Both the position numbers and the translations under genes were made by a program. Positions 59,077 to 64,000 of a DNA stretch of 64,000 nt are shown piece after piece (the first letter of the stretch is position 1; each line of letters opens with the position of its first letter). The notes below the pieces were generated by a model. It was given only the letters and a program-made list of their open reading frames with translations, was not told the DNA's origin and made no database searches. This DNA is from Bacteroidota bacterium (lineage in GTDB: Bacteria > Bacteroidota > Bacteroidia > Chitinophagales > Saprospiraceae), in NCBI GenBank assembly GCA_041164265.1, contig JBEAPR010000067.1, positions 425 to 64,424 on the forward strand, given 5' to 3'.

Positions 59077-59493
59077 GTGGAAAGAATTCTATGCTTAGAT
59101 TATGGTAAAGTGAGAACTGGAATCGCTGTAACGGATCCTTTGCAGATTATTGTTAGTCCATTAGAAACAGTAAGTACGCATGATTTAAAAAATTTTTTAG
59201 ATCATTATTTTAGATGCGAAAAGGTGAAGATTATTGTTGTGGGTTATCCTTTACAACTTAATGGAACAAAGAGTGATACCACTATTATGGTGGATGATTT
59301 CATAGGTTTGTTAAAGAAGTGGTATCCAACAAAAAAAGTAGACGTAATTGATGAACGATTATCATCGATTGAGGCAAATAATATCATTATTCGATCAGGG
59401 GTTAAAAAATCGAAACGCAAAAAAAAGGGTTTAATAGATAAAATATCAGCAGTGATATTGTTGCAATCTTACTTAGAAAGAAATAAAAAATGA
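59077..59493 (+). CDS. ruvX: Holliday junction resolvase-like nuclease RuvX (YqgF)
   Basis: ILCLDYGKVRTGIAVTD, DERLSS and AAVILLQSYL-type blocks. GTG start. Confidence 0.85.
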   Translation: MERILCLDYGKVRTGIAVTDPLQIIVSPLETVSTHDLKNFLDHYFRCEKVKIIVVGYPLQLNGTKSDTTIMVDDFIGLLKKWYPTKKVDVIDERLSSIEANNIIIRSGVKKSKRKKKGLIDKISAVILLQSYLERNKK

Positions 59494-60041
59494 TTTTACC
59501 AATATATGGCTACGGCCAACCAGTGTTAAAAAGGGTAGCTGAAGATATTCATCATGATTATTCGAACTTAAAAGAATTAATCGAGAATATGTGGGAAACC
59601 ATGTATAATGCCAATGGTGTTGGCTTAGCCGCTCCTCAAATTGGATTATCCATTAGATTGTTTGTAATAGATACGACTCAGATCTTTAAGGATAAGGATA
59701 AAGAGAAGGGTTTAAAAAGGGTATTTATTAACGCTCAAAAAATTGAAGAGAAGGGAGAAGAGTGGTGCTATGAAGAAGGTTGTTTGAGTATTCCCGAAGT
59801 GCGTGGAGAGGTAGATCGACCTGAATCTATAATATTGAAAGCTATGGATGAAAATTTTCATGAAACTACTGAAACTTTTGATGGAATTAATGCCAGAGTA
59901 ATTCAACACGAATACGATCACATAGATGGAGTTTTGTTTGTCGACAAACTATCACCTGTTAGAAAGCGATTAATCCGAGGTAAATTGGCTGGTATGTTGA
60001 AAGGGAAGGTGACTTATGACTATAGAATGAAATGGAAGTGA
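59490..60041 (+). CDS. def: Peptide deformylase
   Basis: GVGLAAPQIG, EGCLSIP and QHEYDHIDG metal-binding motifs. ATGA overlap with ruvX. Confidence 0.95.
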   Translation: MILPIYGYGQPVLKRVAEDIHHDYSNLKELIENMWETMYNANGVGLAAPQIGLSIRLFVIDTTQIFKDKDKEKGLKRVFINAQKIEEKGEEWCYEEGCLSIPEVRGEVDRPESIILKAMDENFHETTETFDGINARVIQHEYDHIDGVLFVDKLSPVRKRLIRGKLAGMLKGKVTYDYRMKWK

Positions 60042-60656
60042 TTATTTCCTTCCAAAATCAGCTGGTATTTCACCCCATGATTTAGTTTCCCATTTCATAA
60101 TTGAGTTTTCATAAGAATTGGTTTTCAGCCAGTTTTCTGCTCTCTTTATAACTTCTTTTAGTGGGGTGCTTTTTTTTCCTTCAATCTTTGTGTTGCATTT
60201 TTTTTTGTTGACCCACAGGATGGCAATTTTGGAGTCAGAGTAAATGGGTTTGAGGGAATTGTTTTTTTGACAAAAAGCTAGAGCGTGGACTATGGCAAGA
60301 AATTCTCCTATATTGTTGGTTCCTGTTTCAAATTTTTGATGAAAAATTTCTTGGTTTGCCGGGAATTCAATCCCTCGATATTCCATTATTCCTGGATTTC
60401 CACTACAAGCAGCATCCACGCAAATGAAATTAGTTAAACCCTCTGGTAACCCAACGGGCTGAGGTGTTGTTTTTTTTCTTGTTATAGATGCATCATAACC
60501 ACTATAAAAGGCTCTTTTAGCTTCCTCTAAGCTATTAAAGGACTTATATTGAGCATCGGGATATCCTTTAACTCTTTCCAGGCACTTTTCCCAAGAATCT
60601 ACAATTCCCGGTTCAGTTCCTTTCCAGACTACGTAAAACTTTCTTTTTTTTGCCAT
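60042..60656 (-). CDS. rnhA: Ribonuclease HI with N-terminal hybrid-binding (viroplasmin-like) domain
   Basis: N-terminal FYVVWKGTEPGIVDSWEKCLERVKGYPDAQYKSFNSLEEAKRAF. RNase H core with VDAACSGNPG, NNIGEFLA and YSDS. Confidence 0.85.
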   Translation of the reverse strand: MAKKRKFYVVWKGTEPGIVDSWEKCLERVKGYPDAQYKSFNSLEEAKRAFYSGYDASITRKKTTPQPVGLPEGLTNFICVDAACSGNPGIMEYRGIEFPANQEIFHQKFETGTNNIGEFLAIVHALAFCQKNNSLKPIYSDSKIAILWVNKKKCNTKIEGKKSTPLKEVIKRAENWLKTNSYENSIMKWETKSWGEIPADFGRK

Positions 60657-60682
60657 TGAATTGAAATTAAATCAAGACAAAT

Positions 60683-61450
60683 ATGAGAATTATTGAAACC
60701 CATGCTCACCTATATCTGAAAGAATTTTCAGAAGATATAGATAGTGTAATAAAAAATGCACTAAAAATTGGAGTAGAAAAGATTTATTTGCCCAATATAG
60801 ATGAGAAAAGTCTAGATGAGATGGTGAAATTATGTGTAAAATATCCAGAATACCTTTATCCTATGATTGGAATACATCCTTGCTCTGTTCAAAAAAATTA
60901 TAAGGAGCAGTTGGACTCCATCATTACTCGCAAAAAGGAGGCTTCTTTTTGTGCGGTTGGAGAGATAGGTATTGACTTATACTGGGATCAATCTTTGAGA
61001 GATGAGCAAATTCAAGCATTTAAAAAGCAGGTGGAATGGGCTGTTGAATGGGGTTTACCCATCGTTATCCACTCTAGAGAAGCTACAGACCTCATTATAG
61101 AGTGTTTGGAAGAATGGAATCATAATAATTTGAAAGGGATTTTCCACTGTTTTACTGGAACCGTGCAGCAAGGAAGGAGAATCATGGATTTAGGATTTTA
61201 CCTAGGAATAGGAGGAGTAGTTACCTTTAAGAACGGAGGATTAGATAAAGTCCTGCCAGCATTAGGCACCAGTCATTTAGTTTTAGAAACTGATGCACCG
61301 TATTTAAGCCCAGTTCCTAATCGAGGGAAGCGTAACGAACCCATTAATTTGATTTATGTTCTTGAGAAGCTGTCACTTATTTTTAATTGTTCCAAAGAAG
61401 AAATCGCAAAAATTACTTGGGAGAACAGTGAAAAAGTTTTTCAAAACTAA
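60683..61450 (+). CDS. tatD: TatD-family metal-dependent hydrolase
   Basis: IETHAHL, GEIGIDLYW, VIHSREA, FHCFTG and ETDAPYL motifs. Confidence 0.9.
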   Translation: MRIIETHAHLYLKEFSEDIDSVIKNALKIGVEKIYLPNIDEKSLDEMVKLCVKYPEYLYPMIGIHPCSVQKNYKEQLDSIITRKKEASFCAVGEIGIDLYWDQSLRDEQIQAFKKQVEWAVEWGLPIVIHSREATDLIIECLEEWNHNNLKGIFHCFTGTVQQGRRIMDLGFYLGIGGVVTFKNGGLDKVLPALGTSHLVLETDAPYLSPVPNRGKRNEPINLIYVLEKLSLIFNCSKEEIAKITWENSEKVFQN

Positions 61451-61660
61451 TCTTAGGAGTAAAAATTTGACCATTAAAATTTTTTAAAATCAAAAGTCTC
61501 ATTAAATTGAGCCTCAGGATTGACACTGATGTGAAAATTTAATTTTGATTTATAGTTTCTTTTTGTAAAATTTGCAATGCCTGTGAACTTTTTTGGCTGA
61601 CGTGCCAATTAATTTTTCAGACTAAAGCGAAAGCAAAGGGCGGGCAAAGATGGAATAACT

Positions 61661-61748
61661 GGAGAGGTGGCCGAGTGGTTGAAGGCGCACGCCTGGAAAG
61701 TGTGTATACCCTAACCGGGTATCGCGGGTTCGAATCCCGCTCTCTCCG
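61661..61748 (+). tRNA. tRNA-Ser (anticodon GGA), class II with long variable arm
   Basis: Folded by hand: 7-bp acceptor stem (GGAGAGG/TCTCTCC), 3-bp D stem, anticodon stem CACGC/GTGTG with loop CTGGAAA, 6-bp variable arm (ATACCC/GGGTAT), T arm GCGGG-TTCGAAT-CCCGC. CCA is not encoded. Confidence 0.95.
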
Positions 61749-61813
61749 CTGGTTTTGTTAATTTTATTTTTTATTTAATTTTTTAAAAGAACAATCGTAA
61801 AACCTTATTGACT

Positions 61814-62659
61814 ATGCGAAAATTACTTTTACTGCTTCTAGTTTTTGGTTTGGCAGTAACCTCCGGAAACTTATATGCTCAAGATGAGCAGGCTGGTGAC
61901 CAAACAGAAGAAACCATTATGGAAGAAGGAACAGAAGAGGGGATGGGCGAAGCTGAAGGAATGATGGAAGAAGAAGCACCTGCTCCCGTTCAATCAACTA
62001 CTGAAGTTGAGCCTACTGCTGATCTTACCGGTTATCAAGTTTTAAAGAAATACTTTATCGACGGAGATTGGAGGTTCATGAGTTTTGTATTGGTTTGTTT
62101 GATTCTTGGACTTGCTTTCTGTATCGAGAGAATCATAACACTAAACATTGCAACTACCAATACGGATAAATTACTCTCAAGCGTAGATGAAAGTCTTAAG
62201 TCTGGAGGTGTTGAAAGTGCTATGGAAGTTTGCAAGGCAACGCCTGGTCCAACAGCTTCAATTATGTATGAAGGATTGAAAAGTTCTAGCGAAGGCGCCG
62301 AAGCTGTAGAAAAATCTATCGTTGCTTATGGTAGTGTTCAAATGGGTCTCTTGGAAAGAGGATTAGTATGGATTTCTTTATTCATTGCAATTGCACCCAT
62401 GCTTGGTTTCATGGGAACGGTAATTGGTATGATTCAAGCATTCGATAGAATCGAAGCAGTAGGTGATTTATCTCCATCAGTAGTTGCGGGAGGTATCAAA
62501 GTGGCCCTATTAACCACAGTCTTTGGTTTGGTAACTGCCATTATTCTTCAGATTTTTTACAATTACATCGTTAATAAAATCGATGGTATCGTTAATAAAA
62601 TGGAAGATGCCTCTATCGCTTTAGTAGATATCATGGCAAGTAATAATTTGTTTAAATAA
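61814..62659 (+). CDS. exbB: MotA/TolQ/ExbB proton-channel protein with an exported acidic Met/Glu-rich N-terminal extension
   Basis: Signal peptide plus ~60-aa EEGTEEGMGEAEGMMEEE region. ExbB core with APMLGFMGTVIGMIQAF and VALLTTVFGL. Confidence 0.85.
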   Translation: MRKLLLLLLVFGLAVTSGNLYAQDEQAGDQTEETIMEEGTEEGMGEAEGMMEEEAPAPVQSTTEVEPTADLTGYQVLKKYFIDGDWRFMSFVLVCLILGLAFCIERIITLNIATTNTDKLLSSVDESLKSGGVESAMEVCKATPGPTASIMYEGLKSSSEGAEAVEKSIVAYGSVQMGLLERGLVWISLFIAIAPMLGFMGTVIGMIQAFDRIEAVGDLSPSVVAGGIKVALLTTVFGLVTAIILQIFYNYIVNKIDGIVNKMEDASIALVDIMASNNLFK

Positions 62660-62677
62660 TCTTTAAGTTACCCAATT

Positions 62678-63154
62678 ATGTATAGATTTTTAGTCGACAA
62701 CGGACAAAGACTTGCTTTCGGTGTAGGCATTGGGGTAACTGCTTTATTTCTGATAGTCTCTTTATCAGGAATGGATAGTTTTTCCATGCTCCCCGAAGAA
62801 GAGCAATTCACTACTGGTATTTTTGATGTAGGCATTAAAGGAGCCTTAGTATTGGTAGTTTTGGCTGCCATATCTATGGTTGGATTTGGCTTGACTCAAA
62901 TATTAGGAAATTTCAAAGGTTCCTTGATAGGTATCTTGGGATTTGGCGCTCTTTTAGCTATCTTTTTTGTGTCCTTCTCAATGTCACCTGGAGAAGCTAC
63001 TGGAGCAATCGCTGAATCAATAGAGCGAACTGGATCCGACATCAGTGCAAGTAACCTCAAGTTTATAGGAGGAGCTATTTCGACTGCTGTTTCCTTAGTT
63101 TTAGTTGCAGCTGCTTCATTTGTTATATTCGAAATTAGAAACTTCTTTAAATAA
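62678..63154 (+). CDS. Hypothetical four-helix membrane protein inserted between exbB and exbD
   Basis: Four hydrophobic segments. No motif. Tight spacing (18 nt and 6 nt) within the exb cluster. Confidence 0.5.
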   Translation: MYRFLVDNGQRLAFGVGIGVTALFLIVSLSGMDSFSMLPEEEQFTTGIFDVGIKGALVLVVLAAISMVGFGLTQILGNFKGSLIGILGFGALLAIFFVSFSMSPGEATGAIAESIERTGSDISASNLKFIGGAISTAVSLVLVAAASFVIFEIRNFFK

Positions 63155-63160
63155 AGTTCC

Positions 63161-63715
63161 ATGGCAAAAAAAAGTACAAGGGACAGAATGAAAAACGAAA
63201 TCAATGCCGGTTCGATGGCTGATATCGCATTCTTGCTCCTTATATTCTTCCTAGTTACTACAACAATCGTTGAGGACAAAGGTATTACTGTTAAGTTGCC
63301 ACCCTGGTCTGAAGAAGAACCCGATATCACCAAATTGAAAGAACGCAATGTTTTTTCTGTTCTTGTAAATGCTCAAAACCAAATTCTGGTCAGAGGTGAG
63401 TTAACAAGAGTAAGGGAACTTAAGGAGTTAGCTAAGGAATTCATAGCTAATCCAAGTAAGAGAGAGGACATGGCTGAAAAGCCAACAATGGCCATTATTT
63501 CTCTTAAAAATGATAGGGGTACTAATTACAGAACTTATCTTGAAGTTTACAACGAGCTCAAAGCCGCCTATAATGAACTGTGGAATGAATTGAGTCTAAG
63601 AAAATACGGCGTGCCCTACACTGAAGAAATGCCAACGGCCTACAAAAGAGAAATCAGAGGAGAGATTCCATTGGTAATTTCTGAAGCAGAACCGACCAAT
63701 TTTGGTGAAGAATAA
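63161..63715 (+). CDS. exbD: ExbD/TolR-family biopolymer transport protein
   Basis: N-terminal INAGSMADIAFLLLIFFLVTTT signature TM and a periplasmic domain. Confidence 0.85.
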   Translation: MAKKSTRDRMKNEINAGSMADIAFLLLIFFLVTTTIVEDKGITVKLPPWSEEEPDITKLKERNVFSVLVNAQNQILVRGELTRVRELKELAKEFIANPSKREDMAEKPTMAIISLKNDRGTNYRTYLEVYNELKAAYNELWNELSLRKYGVPYTEEMPTAYKREIRGEIPLVISEAEPTNFGEE

Positions 63716-63741
63716 GTTGTCAAACAGAAAAAATAAACATT

Positions 63742-64000
63742 ATGTCAAAATTTTCTAAAAAAAGAGGGAAATCGGATCCTGAAGTTTCAACTGCTTCTTT
63801 ACCAGATATTATATTCATGCTTTTGTTCTTTTTTATGGTAGTTACCGTTTTAAGAGATTCTGAATTAAAGGTAAGTGTCAATACGCCTTTTGCTTCAGAA
63901 CTACTTAAGCTTGAAGAGAAATCATTAGTAAATTATTTGTACATCGGTAGACCTGTAAAAAAGTTTCAAGATGTATATGGTACGAAACCAAGAATGCAGT
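63742..64000 (+). CDS. exbD: Second ExbD/TolR-family protein, 3' end outside the window
   Basis: The ATG at 63742 opens MSKFSKKRGKSDPEVSTASLPDIIFMLLFFFMVVTVL (ExbD signature). Open to the window end. Not in the supplied ORF track because it is truncated. Confidence 0.75.
   Translation, partial: MSKFSKKRGKSDPEVSTASLPDIIFMLLFFFMVVTVLRDSELKVSVNTPFASELLKLEEKSLVNYLYIGRPVKKFQDVYGTKPRMQ

Noticed and set aside
61661-61748. tRNA-Ser as a possible integration site for a mobile element.
   Set aside because: There is no integrase, no direct repeat of the tRNA 3' end and no compositional break on either side. The flanking genes are housekeeping (tatD, exbB).
62568-62600. 14-nt direct repeat ATCGTTAATAAAAT, twice, 7 nt apart.
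   Set aside because: It lies inside exbB and simply encodes the duplicated peptide IVNK(I/M). It is not a CRISPR or an intergenic repeat element.
62896-63348. 150-aa minus-strand ORF across the exb cluster.
   Set aside because: It is antisense to two well-supported plus-strand genes (the four-TM protein and exbD). It is a shadow ORF.

Overview
A gene-dense, low-GC (about 35% by eye) chromosomal segment of a Bacteroidota bacterium. The taxon call rests on the type IX secretion (T9SS)/gliding core porP-gldK-gldL-gldM-gldN, TonB-dependent receptors (TBDRs) with a CarboxypepD_reg-type N-terminus, TAnnTTTG promoter boxes and lipoprotein Cys followed by K-(D/E) tracts. I support about 60 protein genes, one tRNA-Ser(GGA) and several hairpin terminators. 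I saw no rRNA, CRISPR array, transposase, integrase or obvious defence island. Much of the window is housekeeping: uvrA, uvrD, queG, erpA, fabG, ahcY, mgsA, def, ruvX, rnhA, tatD, exbB/exbD and an ECF sigma factor. The most interesting stretch is 16.3-27.6 kb. There a complete retinal/proteorhodopsin (PR) module (crtY-blh-PR; DTE proton-pump motif, Met105 green tuning) lies back-to-back with an inorganic-carbon island. The island holds a DUF2309 protein with a beta-carbonic-anhydrase (beta-CA)-like Cys/Asp/His/Cys site, translationally coupled to a NuoL-like membrane subunit (DabA/DabB-type CO2-hydrating pump). It also holds a SulP/STAS anion (bicarbonate-type) transporter, a translationally coupled DUF2490-like outer-membrane barrel and a convergent cytoplasmic beta-CA. 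I read this as a candidate physically linked light -> proton motive force (pmf) -> inorganic carbon (Ci) capture supermodule in a heterotroph. Secondary items: (i) a five-gene operon in which every product has an export signal, three of them twin-arginine (Tat): FGE-like, Gfo/Idh/MocA, ApbE, Hyi-like TIM barrel and HisC-like aminotransferase; (ii) a His/Cys-rich small protein + TBDR + surface-lipoprotein operon divergent from a second TBDR; (iii) feoAB followed by an uncharacterised 575-aa protein with a nucleoside-phosphorylase-like C-terminus; (iv) a synthase-type exopolysaccharide module (polyprenyl-P-sugar GT2, processive QxxRW GT2, GT-C-like membrane protein, beta-helix lipoprotein). All functional calls come from motif recognition by eye. 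No database search was run.
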